A DNA stretch of 64,000 nt from Candidatus Binatia bacterium (GTDB lineage Bacteria; Desulfobacterota; Binatia; UBA9968; CAXXLF01): assembly GCA_963664015.2 (NCBI GenBank), contig CAXXLF010000001.1, positions 384,001 through 448,000 of the forward strand. The letters are read 5' to 3'. The translations under genes were made by a program, and so were the position numbers. This document shows, piece by piece, positions 19,547 through 28,526 of the stretch. Below the pieces are notes generated by a model. That model searched no databases. It saw nothing but the letters and a program-made list of their open reading frames with translations, and was not told the origin of the DNA. Every line of letters starts with the position of its first letter. Position 1 is the stretch's first letter.

Positions 19547-20653
19547 TCATAAAGTCCCGTAAAACCCCCGAATCGAGCTTACAATATAATCAATCTGCTC
19601 GAACGTCACATGATGATGAGCGGGAAGGGTAATAACTTCTTCCGCTTGTCGCTCGCATACCGGGAAGTCCCCGGGCTTATGTCCCAACTCCGAAGCCGCC
19701 CTTTGAAGATGGATCGGAATTGGATAATGAACTTTGGCCTCAATACCGTGAGCGATCAGATGATCTAAAAGCTGATCTCTCTTCGTCGCGCAGGCAAGGT
19801 ATATTTGGTATATCTCGCGATATCCCGGTGGTCGGTAGGGGATCCGAATGAACCGGCCCAGATCGCTAAGGCCGGCATCGAGTCTGCCCGCGTTCCGAAT
19901 ACGGGTCTCCAGTGAATCGTCGATATTATCCAACAAACGGCTTGCAACGACTGCCTGCACCGGCTGTAGCCTGTTATTGACACCCCAAAATTCAACGTGA
20001 TCGCGATCCTTCAGCCCGTGGTTATGATAGAGGCGCAAGTAGGCTGCTGCTTCGTCATCATCGGTTACGACAATACCTCCGTCGCCCCACACGTTAAGAG
20101 GCTTGAGCGGATGCATACTAAAAGCGTTGACCTTGCCGAATGTTCCCACACTGCGTCCGTTCACTCTGGCACCCACAGCGGCGCATGCATCCTCTACGAC
20201 CGGCACCCGGTACTGCGCCGCAATAGACACTATGGCTTCGATATCCGCAGGACATCCGGCCCAATGGACAGGTAAAATAGCCCGCGTTCTGGGGGTGATG
20301 GCCGTTTCAATTTTACTCGCGTCCATCTGATAGCGTTCGTCGCAATCCACAAAAACCAGTTTGCCCCCTGCCGCGACCACCGCACCGGCGGTCGCAATAA
20401 AGGAATTCGGCACGGTGATGACCTCATCGCCCGGCATTACACCGACCGCTTTCAATGCCAAAATAAGTGCGTCGGTACCCGTGTTCGTACCTATGGCGTG
20501 TTTCACGCCAATGTAACGAGCGAATTTTCTCTCGAATTCCTCAACGAACGGCCCCAGCGTAAACTCTCCGGTCTTTACCAGACGCCGTAGATCATCGAAA
20601 TAGGGTTCAGCGTCGGCGAACTGTTGATCCAGATACGAATATTTAACCTGCAT
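19547..20653 (-). CDS. DegT/DnrJ/EryC1/StrS PLP aminotransferase
   Basis: GTDAL, EDACAA, FSMHPLK (PLP Lys), GDGG, HYPIPIHLQ. Start taken at MQVKYS. Confidence 0.9.
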   Translation of the reverse strand: MQVKYSYLDQQFADAEPYFDDLRRLVKTGEFTLGPFVEEFERKFARYIGVKHAIGTNTGTDALILALKAVGVMPGDEVITVPNSFIATAGAVVAAGGKLVFVDCDERYQMDASKIETAITPRTRAILPVHWAGCPADIEAIVSIAAQYRVPVVEDACAAVGARVNGRSVGTFGKVNAFSMHPLKPLNVWGDGGIVVTDDDEAAAYLRLYHNHGLKDRDHVEFWGVNNRLQPVQAVVASRLLDNIDDSLETRIRNAGRLDAGLSDLGRFIRIPYRPPGYREIYQIYLACATKRDQLLDHLIAHGIEAKVHYPIPIHLQRAASELGHKPGDFPVCERQAEEVITLPAHHHVTFEQIDYIVSSIRGFYGTL

Positions 20654-20666
20654 GGCTTCCCTGCTC

Positions 20667-21785
20667 TCAAGTACGGTCTTTATAGAAGTCGGCAATCAGT
20701 TCAACCACGCGGTCCTGCTGGGACTCGGTGATGCTTGGATATAACGGCAGGCTCAGGATGCGGCTCACGTAGCTCATGGTCATAGGAAAATCTGACGAGG
20801 AATAGCCCAGGGAAAGTGCAGCCGGCTGGAGATGAATGGGGGTCTCGTAGTGGACGAGCGCTTCCACACCATTGTCGTTCAGATATCGCCTCAACTCATC
20901 TCGCCGGTCGACCTGGATAACGTAGGTTTGATAAACGCAGTATTCTCCCGGCCCTTCGTCGGGCACACCAACGTAAGGTCTAAGCATGTCGTTATAGCGG
21001 AAGGCCAATTGCCTTCGCGTCTCGGTCCATGCGTCAAGGTACCGCAGCTGGACCCGCAGCATGGCCGCATGAATTTCATCGAGCTTGCAGTTAAAACTCC
21101 AGGAATCGCACCGATCTCGATTAACCAGCCCATGATTGCGTGCTTTGAGCATCTGGTCGAATAGGTCTTGACGATTCGTAGTCATCATACCACTGTCTCC
21201 GAACGTGTGAAGATTCTTCAACGGGTGCATGCTGAAGCAGGCCGTATCACCCCAGCCACCAACCGGCTTTCCATCCAGGCGCGCGCCCACGGCCTGGGCG
21301 GCGTCCTCGACCACGAACAAATGATGCTGCCCTGCTATTTCGAGGATCTCGGGCATTCGCGCTGGTCGCCCGGTCAGATGCACCGGCATCACCCCCTTGG
21401 TGCGGGGCGTAATGGCGGCCTCGAGCTGCTCAGGATCCATATTCCCGTCGGGCCTGATGTCTGCAAAGACGGGCCGTGCGCCGGTCAAAGCGATCGACGA
21501 GGCGGAGGCAATAAAGGAGTTCGGCGCAGTGATCACCTCATCGCCCGGTCCCACTCCCAGGCACCGTAGAACCAGATGCAAAGAGCACGTTCCGTTTCCT
21601 ACCCCAGCGGCGAGCTTGACCCGGCAATAATCTGCGAACTCGCGTTCGAAGCCGGCAACTTCCGGACCCAGAATATACCGGCCGCCGTCCAGGACACTCT
21701 CGACCGCGGCCATCAGTTCCTTTTTGATATCACCAGCTTCCCTGGCGAGTCCGGTGTACGGTATGGAATAAACGATATTGCTCAT
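20667..21785 (-). CDS. DegT/DnrJ/EryC1/StrS PLP aminotransferase
   Basis: EDAAQA, FSMHPLKNL (PLP Lys), LSLPLYP. Confidence 0.9.
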   Translation of the reverse strand: MSNIVYSIPYTGLAREAGDIKKELMAAVESVLDGGRYILGPEVAGFEREFADYCRVKLAAGVGNGTCSLHLVLRCLGVGPGDEVITAPNSFIASASSIALTGARPVFADIRPDGNMDPEQLEAAITPRTKGVMPVHLTGRPARMPEILEIAGQHHLFVVEDAAQAVGARLDGKPVGGWGDTACFSMHPLKNLHTFGDSGMMTTNRQDLFDQMLKARNHGLVNRDRCDSWSFNCKLDEIHAAMLRVQLRYLDAWTETRRQLAFRYNDMLRPYVGVPDEGPGEYCVYQTYVIQVDRRDELRRYLNDNGVEALVHYETPIHLQPAALSLGYSSSDFPMTMSYVSRILSLPLYPSITESQQDRVVELIADFYKDRT

Positions 21786-21802
21786 AGATCAGTGCTTGCC
21801 TT

Positions 21803-23410
21803 TCAAGTCTGAGCCGAATTCGACAAGGGGTATCGGCGAGTGTGGCCATCCGTATGTAGCCCCCGCTCATCAGCGGGTGGTAGCAGTGATACGTACTTAC
21901 GGAGAAAGCCACGGCCGATGCGACAATTGATAGGAAAATCCTCAAGGCCGTACATCGTGCCCTTTTCCGCCGTTAAATCCTTAAATCGCTCTTGGAGCCG
22001 CTCATCCTCCGCTGAATAGACGAGCCTCCCATCCAGCCGGTCCAGCATTTCCGTGATCAGATCATTGATCTCCTCAGGCGAATTCTCCACTACTCCTATT
22101 CCCATATTGTCAAACTGATGCTGCATCACGTTGGTGCTGACGGGAGGCGACATCAACCCCTCAAAGCTCATATATTGCAGGCTTTCCAACGAGCGACAAA
22201 GTTTTGGAATAAACAGGTCTTGACTTGAAAAAAGCAGGGCACAGGTTGGTAAAAAATTTGTCAGGACATAAGGAACACCGAAGGTAGCTGCCACTGCACC
22301 CAGACCAGACGAATTGTTAATAAAAAACCGAGACTCGGCACAGAGAAATACATCCATCCAATCGCTACGGAACTCGCTGTTAGCGTAATCGATCACGTGT
22401 TCCATTACGGGGAGGCGTTTCATCGTGGGATTTCCCATCCGGATTACCCACCCACCTCGATCCACAATGCTCTTCACGGCCAAGAGATACGTCCCTATGT
22501 CCGCGTTCCGAAACAAGTCCTGGATGCCCTCGCCATCCTTGAACCCCGCTTCCCGAACGTGTAGACCGACAAACCAGGAACCTTTCGGCACGCCCATCGT
22601 TTCGAGTCGGTCCCAGCCGCGCTCGTAGTCGTTTTGGGAAAGCTTTAGCAGCGGTGGACGCTTTTCCTCTTCCCATTGTTTGTAGAGCATTGCCGCGGCA
22701 GAAGGATGAAACATGAGATTCTCATTACAGATCACTCCGAGGCCTAATGGGTCTTCCAAATATCTTGCTAAGGGTAAGAGTTTTTCAACTGCAGTAGGAT
22801 CAGTGATTACCGTCACGTATTCGCGCCAATAGTTAAGGAAATGAAGGTTGGGAACACTCTGGGTTCCTTTGACCAATAGGATCGGTTTAGCTTGGCCCCT
22901 AAGTCCGAGTATATATGCCTTGACATAGGTATCTAGGAATGACATGGCTCCAATCGTGCTCATCGCTACAACCGGTGAAATAAACCGGAGCCCCAGTCGG
23001 TCGAGCTGATGCCGTTCGGCCAAACTTCGTTGCGCGTCGAGACCTCCCTGAAGCAAGCGAATCGAGTTGTCCAGATTACCCATGGAAAATAGAAGAGAGG
23101 CGCAGCGCTGATAGGCTTCCAGTGACATGGGCTGAAGCGCAATAGTCTTCTCGAAACAATCAACGGCTCGACGGCCGACATTGCTCGCCTTCCTCCCATC
23201 ATGACCCCGCACGGAGACCATCCAGGCATACTTTTGGGCGAGCAGATTTCCCAGCGCGTAGTATCCCGCGATCCGGTCCGGCCTACTATAGATTCCAATC
23301 TCATAGGCGACCGGGATCACACTCAGCCTGAACCACCGGTAGAGGTAAAGCAGAGCCCTGAGCTTTCCCTCTTTATGCGAGCGCACCCACTCGAGCAGAG
23401 CCCTGATCAT
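21803..23410 (-). CDS. TIGR04372-like putative glycosyltransferase with N-terminal TPR-like region
   Basis: LHVREAGF, FRNADI, VIRMG, SDWMDVFL, SSGL...FGVP, VENSPEEI. N-terminal helical repeats (AVDCFEKTIALQP...AYQ). Confidence 0.75.
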   Translation of the reverse strand: MIRALLEWVRSHKEGKLRALLYLYRWFRLSVIPVAYEIGIYSRPDRIAGYYALGNLLAQKYAWMVSVRGHDGRKASNVGRRAVDCFEKTIALQPMSLEAYQRCASLLFSMGNLDNSIRLLQGGLDAQRSLAERHQLDRLGLRFISPVVAMSTIGAMSFLDTYVKAYILGLRGQAKPILLVKGTQSVPNLHFLNYWREYVTVITDPTAVEKLLPLARYLEDPLGLGVICNENLMFHPSAAAMLYKQWEEEKRPPLLKLSQNDYERGWDRLETMGVPKGSWFVGLHVREAGFKDGEGIQDLFRNADIGTYLLAVKSIVDRGGWVIRMGNPTMKRLPVMEHVIDYANSEFRSDWMDVFLCAESRFFINNSSGLGAVAATFGVPYVLTNFLPTCALLFSSQDLFIPKLCRSLESLQYMSFEGLMSPPVSTNVMQHQFDNMGIGVVENSPEEINDLITEMLDRLDGRLVYSAEDERLQERFKDLTAEKGTMYGLEDFPINCRIGRGFLRKYVSLLPPADERGLHTDGHTRRYPLSNSAQT

Positions 23411-23871
23411 CGACCGCGCTCATCCTTTCCCCGCAGATTGCTTGCTTTCCATTCCTCGGCAGAGAATGACCCATTCGCTGACGCTGCGATTGCCATGTCC
23501 CACAGATCCAGCAAATAAATCGGGATTGGGTACCTGGGCGCCTCTTCTCGCAGAACAAATTTAAGCGCCTGTCCTTCCATGCAACGTATGGCTTGATGTC
23601 TGTCATAGCGTGCCCAAAACATCGTGCAGCGACAGTCGGAGTCGTCCTCGTCATCGAACGCAAACAACCAACGCAAATCGTCGCAGTCGTACTCCGTTTC
23701 CTCCCGCAGCTCGCGTCGCGCGCAGGCTTCGATCGTCTCGCCGGGATCACTATGTCCTCCCGGCATAACCCATATCCCGGCATGTCGAAGCCCAGGCTTA
23801 TCGTCACGGTGCTGAAGAAGCGCCGCTCCGTCATCCCGAAGGAGTATGATTCCAGCAACTTCCGCTCTCAT
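23407..23871 (-). CDS. Nudix hydrolase
   Basis: Nudix box GGHSDPGETIEACARRELREET; ATGA-type overlaps with both neighbours. Confidence 0.9.
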   Translation of the reverse strand: MRAEVAGIILLRDDGAALLQHRDDKPGLRHAGIWVMPGGHSDPGETIEACARRELREETEYDCDDLRWLFAFDDEDDSDCRCTMFWARYDRHQAIRCMEGQALKFVLREEAPRYPIPIYLLDLWDMAIAASANGSFSAEEWKASNLRGKDERGR

Positions 23872-24764
23872 CTTCGCACTTTTACCATATCGCTACGGGT
23901 TTCCCGGAGTCCATCTTCAAGGGTCGTGAACGAAACAGTCGGAAACGCCTTCAACATGGCGGTAATGTCAAAATGCTTGTGAGTAATAGGCCCCCCACGA
24001 GGCAGGTACTCAATTTTCACAGTTTGGCCAACTGCCCGGCACACGAGTTCGGCAACCTCCGCGAAACTGTATGCCCGTCCGGTTGCCAGGTTCAGCGTAC
24101 CGGCGCTCACGTGCTCCGCGCACAGCCTTATAAGTCTGCAGACGTCGCCCACAAATATATGATCGCGCGTCTCTTCCCCTTGACCGAAAAGCGAGATGGT
24201 CTCTTGGGAAACAGCAGTCCGTAGAAAACGGTTCGGCCCGTATCCGTTGTGGGTGTCGCCTAACCCGTACACTCCGCAGGGTCGTAAAACCGCCAGTGGG
24301 ACCCCCGCCTTGCCCGCCGAATGGGACATCATTTTCTCCCGGGCCAGTTGAGCCAGACTGTAGAGACCAGCAGGTTCGCAGGGAGAATCTTCCCGAACCA
24401 GTGAGATCCCGTCTTTGTAAACCGCATCCGAGCTGAGGTAAATGAGGTGGGCACACCCATGGCGTTCGAGAAAGAGACCGACATTCTCCGCCATAGTCAG
24501 ATTCTTCATCAGTGTCGGAAGGTCGTCCCCTTTGTCCCGGGTAAGACAGGATGCGAATACCAGGGTGTCCTCGCGCCGCACCGTCTCCGCAAGCATCCCG
24601 ACCGCCCCCGAAGCCGTGAGGTCGAGGCTGGAGGAAGACATCCCGCAGGCTTCGATCCCCGAACGCTCGAATTCCTTGACCAGATGGGTGCCGATAAAAC
24701 CGGACCCGCCAAGGACAACGACTCGACGCGGATGAACGGCAGTTAGATGAACGTGTTCGAGCAT
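23868..24764 (-). CDS. NAD-dependent epimerase/dehydratase (extended SDR)
   Basis: GGSGFIG, SSDAVY, YSLAQ (the YxxxK Lys is replaced by Gln), RPCGVYG. Start taken at MLEHVH. Confidence 0.8.
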   Translation of the reverse strand: MLEHVHLTAVHPRRVVVLGGSGFIGTHLVKEFERSGIEACGMSSSSLDLTASGAVGMLAETVRREDTLVFASCLTRDKGDDLPTLMKNLTMAENVGLFLERHGCAHLIYLSSDAVYKDGISLVREDSPCEPAGLYSLAQLAREKMMSHSAGKAGVPLAVLRPCGVYGLGDTHNGYGPNRFLRTAVSQETISLFGQGEETRDHIFVGDVCRLIRLCAEHVSAGTLNLATGRAYSFAEVAELVCRAVGQTVKIEYLPRGGPITHKHFDITAMLKAFPTVSFTTLEDGLRETRSDMVKVRR

Positions 24765-26065
24765 TTTGATGCCTCCTGCGGTGGGGATCCAAGGGTACAA
24801 TAATTAAACCCAGATGCACTTACGGCTCGGCGGCTCCAGGCCCCGGAGGGATCTATAATCACCGGTTGCGCCATGGCTTCTTTCACGTCCCTAGTGGCGA
24901 TCGCAGCGAATTCATCCCAGCCAGTCATGATGACCAGGGCATGCGCCCCCTGGCAAGCATCGAGCGCCGTCTCAGTCTGATCCACACCCGGATACGGCTC
25001 GCCCAGCCTCGCCCTCGGATCGTACAATCGAACCGTCTGACCGGCCAGAGCCTCAATGAGGCCCAGGGTCGGCGAATTTTTAATCGACCGGGTATCGGGC
25101 TTGTAGGCCAATCCCCACACCGCAATAATAGACGTTGGCTCGCAGCTCAAGGTCCATTGGTGTAGTTTTCGTAAGGCCCAATCGCGACGGTAGCGGCTGT
25201 TTGCTATAAACGCCGAGGCCACGCATTCCTCAGCGCCGTATTCTGCCGCGAGATCCTTGACCGTCACCAGGTCCCGCTCAATGTTTCCCCCGGCAATACC
25301 CAGCCCCGGTGCCAGGTAGGCATGGGGACCGATTCGCCGGTCCAGCCGTAACGCGGGTACGATCTCGGTCCACTCGGCCCCGACACCCTCGCATATCTCC
25401 GCGAGGGTGTTGGTTGCGCTGAGAGAAGCCGCCAAAAAGATATTGATGGAAATCTTGGCAAGTTCGGCGCTTTCGTATCGCATGGGAAGGACCGGGCAGC
25501 CGAACGCCGCAAGGACCTCGGCGTAAGGTTTTGGCAGCTCCGCCTTGGGATCCTCGCATCCGACAATGAAGCGTTCCGGACCCAGCGCCCGTTCCACCGC
25601 GCGCCCGAAGATAAGCGTCTCCACCTGATAAAATACCCGGAGCCGCCGCCGATCAAGCACTGACCGCAACTGGGAACTGACGCGCCGTGTAAACCCCGGC
25701 GGCACCTGACTTAAGACCACGAGGGTCGAGTCCGGTTTTCCATATTTTACGACCGATTCGATTAATTGCGCAAGGCCGGACAGGTCGCTGCGGTTCTCTC
25801 GATCCGTAGGAACATCGAGGGAAAAATAGATAACGTCACATTCGCCCAGCACCGTTGGATCGGTTGTGAATCGCAGGCGTGCCCTGCCGTTAACGAGGAG
25901 CTCGGGCAAGCCTGGCTCAAGGACGGGAAGGCGGTCTAGCGCAAGTTCGCCGCACAGATCGGAACGTTGATCATAGGCGATGACTTCGAAGCCTTTCGAT
26001 GCCGTCGCAATGCTGGAAACGATTCCGAGATGGGAGAGCCCGGCAAATCCTATCTTTGAATTCAT
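24743..26065 (-). CDS. UDP-glucose/GDP-mannose dehydrogenase-family protein lacking the catalytic Cys (LmbL-like)
   Basis: GLSHLG, EPGLPEL, DVPTD, SAELAK, DRRIG, WGLAYKPDT. The usual GGxCxPKD reads GGNIERD. Confidence 0.8.
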   Translation of the reverse strand: MNSKIGFAGLSHLGIVSSIATASKGFEVIAYDQRSDLCGELALDRLPVLEPGLPELLVNGRARLRFTTDPTVLGECDVIYFSLDVPTDRENRSDLSGLAQLIESVVKYGKPDSTLVVLSQVPPGFTRRVSSQLRSVLDRRRLRVFYQVETLIFGRAVERALGPERFIVGCEDPKAELPKPYAEVLAAFGCPVLPMRYESAELAKISINIFLAASLSATNTLAEICEGVGAEWTEIVPALRLDRRIGPHAYLAPGLGIAGGNIERDLVTVKDLAAEYGAEECVASAFIANSRYRRDWALRKLHQWTLSCEPTSIIAVWGLAYKPDTRSIKNSPTLGLIEALAGQTVRLYDPRARLGEPYPGVDQTETALDACQGAHALVIMTGWDEFAAIATRDVKEAMAQPVIIDPSGAWSRRAVSASGFNYCTLGSPPQEASKCSNTFI

Positions 26066-26979
26066 CCGCTGCCTATTTTTCGCGCTAGACCATTCAAGAC
26101 CGAATTGACCCAGAAGGCATTCTTGAGGACCGATTCACCGGTTGCGCACAGACCCTTGAAGTGCTGGTATTCCGCCGCCCATGTGGGATCCGGACATTCC
26201 ACCGTAGCCGTCTCCTCGTCGGGTTTTCCGCTTGGGAGGGCGCGCTTGCGGACCGTGAAGGAACTTGGACCCCATTTGCACAGACCATGGATGTGTGCAG
26301 ATCCAAATTCTCCGAAGACGTCCACGGTGAAGGTGTTTCGCCAGGAGAGCAAGCTAGCTTCCATTTCCACCACGGAGGCACCGGTCGAGCCGAACAGCAC
26401 GTGATCGAGGGAATGGTTCTCGAAGCGGTTAAAACTCCATGGCTCGAACTGCTCAAGACTGTCGCCGAAAAGAAACAGAGCCATGTCGAGCAGGTGGGAA
26501 CCAAGGTCGGGCAAGACGCCGAGTCCTTTATCTCTCCAGAGAGAAAGCTTTACGTCACGCGCCGTCCCGTTCCCGTAAAAAAACCGGGCAAGATAAACGG
26601 TGCCAAGCGCGCCTGAATCCAACAGCTCTTTCAAACGTACGACATGAGGCTCGAAACGATGATTATAGGCCGTATAACAAGTCACCCCTGATGCGCAGGC
26701 CAGCCGCTCCAACCGATAGAGCGACTCCTCGTTTTCCGATAGCAGGGGTTTTTCGACGAGGACGTGCTTTCCGTGCCCAAGCAAGTACTCCAGAAGCCCG
26801 ACTTTCACCGCATCGGGCGTACAGACGAGAGCGGCATCGAAACTCTCGAGGGGAACCTCCTCAATGTTACGAAACCGGGCCTCGGGGTTGACCGGATCGA
26901 CCGTTGCTACGGCGTCGGATTTTACGATTGTGAAGCGCTTGGCCCCCTGTATCCCGAGACCGACGATGACAACCTTCAC
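26062..26979 (-). CDS. Gfo/Idh/MocA oxidoreductase (LmbZ-like)
   Basis: VGLGIQG, HVLVEKP, YNHRFEP, DLGSHLLD. Confidence 0.85.
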   Translation of the reverse strand: MKVVIVGLGIQGAKRFTIVKSDAVATVDPVNPEARFRNIEEVPLESFDAALVCTPDAVKVGLLEYLLGHGKHVLVEKPLLSENEESLYRLERLACASGVTCYTAYNHRFEPHVVRLKELLDSGALGTVYLARFFYGNGTARDVKLSLWRDKGLGVLPDLGSHLLDMALFLFGDSLEQFEPWSFNRFENHSLDHVLFGSTGASVVEMEASLLSWRNTFTVDVFGEFGSAHIHGLCKWGPSSFTVRKRALPSGKPDEETATVECPDPTWAAEYQHFKGLCATGESVLKNAFWVNSVLNGLARKIGSG

Positions 26980-28526
26980 AAGTACAAGACCTGTTTTTCG
27001 ACCGCGTTCACTTTTTTCAAAACCTCTTCCGGCGCCACGGGGTTGTTGCCGTCATGCTCGCATGCCACGGCCGCAGCCAGCGATCCGAGGATCGAGGCGA
27101 CGACATCCGACTTCACTGCAACCATAGCCAACGTGGCATAGGATAACAGCGCATCTCCCGCGCCGACAGCATCAACGGGCGTTTCTACAAAACTGTCGAT
27201 GGCAAAGAACGCGCGCTGTGCGCCTTCTAAGTGCGGCCGGTACGTAATAATGCCCCTCTCCCCAAGCTTCATGATCAGATATTTGCAATTGGCCCTTTTA
27301 TAGAGCTCCTCCGCCAGCGGTCTTATCACCGAGTCCTGGTCACCCAACGCAAACCGCGCCTCACGCTCGTTGGGGGTGATCACATCGAACCCCTTGAATT
27401 CCAGAATGTTGCCCCAACGGTTGGCGACCTGACTGTCCGCAATCCTTAGGGCATCCGGTGATAGACCATCGAGGAAACGGGGAATCGTCCGAGCACTGAA
27501 GATACCGTGGCGAAAGTCGCTGAAGACGAAGGCATCGACTGTCCTGGAAGACAATGAGGCTTTCAACTGCTCCAATACCCGGTCCGAGATTGGGCGGTTG
27601 TCCAGCTTATCCACTTTGAGCATCCGGTAGCCGTCCGCTATATACATATTTTTATGGGTGGTCGGGCGTGAGTGATCGATGGAGACATAGGATTCGATAC
27701 CGTGAGACTCCAGATCCTCAAGAACCAAGTCCTTTAAATCGTCATTGCCCATGACCGTGGAGAAGCAGACCTGCGCGCCAGCCCGCCGGATATGTTTTGA
27801 GACCACCGCAGCTCCGCCGGAAAAGTCAACCTGCTTCTCATACTTCACGCTGAAGGTCGGCGTCTTGGCGGTGCCGCCGATGAGCGAACAGTAGGTATAG
27901 GAGTCCACTATGGTATCGCCCAAGACGTGGACCCGCATATCCTTGAACTTATCCAAGGCCCCCCGCAGATCATCAAACGTAACCCCTTCCGCCTCCATGA
28001 GGGGGAGCAGTTTTTCGGCGGCGATGCGCGGCGGTGCATGATCGATAAGCACCGACGATGAATAGACGACGTCTCCGGGAGTAAAGATGATCTCACCGCC
28101 GTACGACTCGATGAGTTTAACCTCTTCCTCGGTTCGAGGATACAGACCCTCCTTGAAGTATTCATAGCCCTTGGCAAAGTAATCGGGCTGCAAGAGTTTA
28201 AGGTTGTCCAGTGGAGTCGGTTGGGTGTCGATAATGACGTAGTCGACCATCTCCAAAGCGGCCAGATTCATTGCGCGCAATTGCTCGGGAACAAAAGGTC
28301 GGAAGTTGGCCTTGGCAATGTGGCCGTCGCAGGTAAGGCTGGCGATGAGGATGTCGGCTTTCTCCTTGGCGTACATGAGGTGCCGGATGTGGCCGGGGTG
28401 GACGATGTCGAAGGTGCCATGGCACATGATGACCGAGCTGGCCCGAGGCCTGGGTCCGATGATCTCCCTGAGGGCATCCACCGTCTTGATCTTGCGGCGA
28501 TAATCGCCGCTGGTTCCATTCGCCAT
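26976..28526 (-). CDS. Bifunctional nucleotidyltransferase (N-terminal) + PfkB sugar kinase (C-terminal), HldE-like with reversed domain order
   Basis: HGTFDIVHPGH (HIGH-like) at the N terminus; TPNEREAR and DAVGAGDALL PfkB motifs at the C terminus. Start taken at MANGTS. Confidence 0.9.
   Translation of the reverse strand: MANGTSGDYRRKIKTVDALREIIGPRPRASSVIMCHGTFDIVHPGHIRHLMYAKEKADILIASLTCDGHIAKANFRPFVPEQLRAMNLAALEMVDYVIIDTQPTPLDNLKLLQPDYFAKGYEYFKEGLYPRTEEEVKLIESYGGEIIFTPGDVVYSSSVLIDHAPPRIAAEKLLPLMEAEGVTFDDLRGALDKFKDMRVHVLGDTIVDSYTYCSLIGGTAKTPTFSVKYEKQVDFSGGAAVVSKHIRRAGAQVCFSTVMGNDDLKDLVLEDLESHGIESYVSIDHSRPTTHKNMYIADGYRMLKVDKLDNRPISDRVLEQLKASLSSRTVDAFVFSDFRHGIFSARTIPRFLDGLSPDALRIADSQVANRWGNILEFKGFDVITPNEREARFALGDQDSVIRPLAEELYKRANCKYLIMKLGERGIITYRPHLEGAQRAFFAIDSFVETPVDAVGAGDALLSYATLAMVAVKSDVVASILGSLAAAVACEHDGNNPVAPEEVLKKVNAVEKQVLYL

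Noticed and set aside
24010-24819. 269-aa alternative-frame ORF and the many plus-strand ORFs inside 620-48863
   Set aside because: They overlap well-supported minus-strand genes and show no recognisable motifs.
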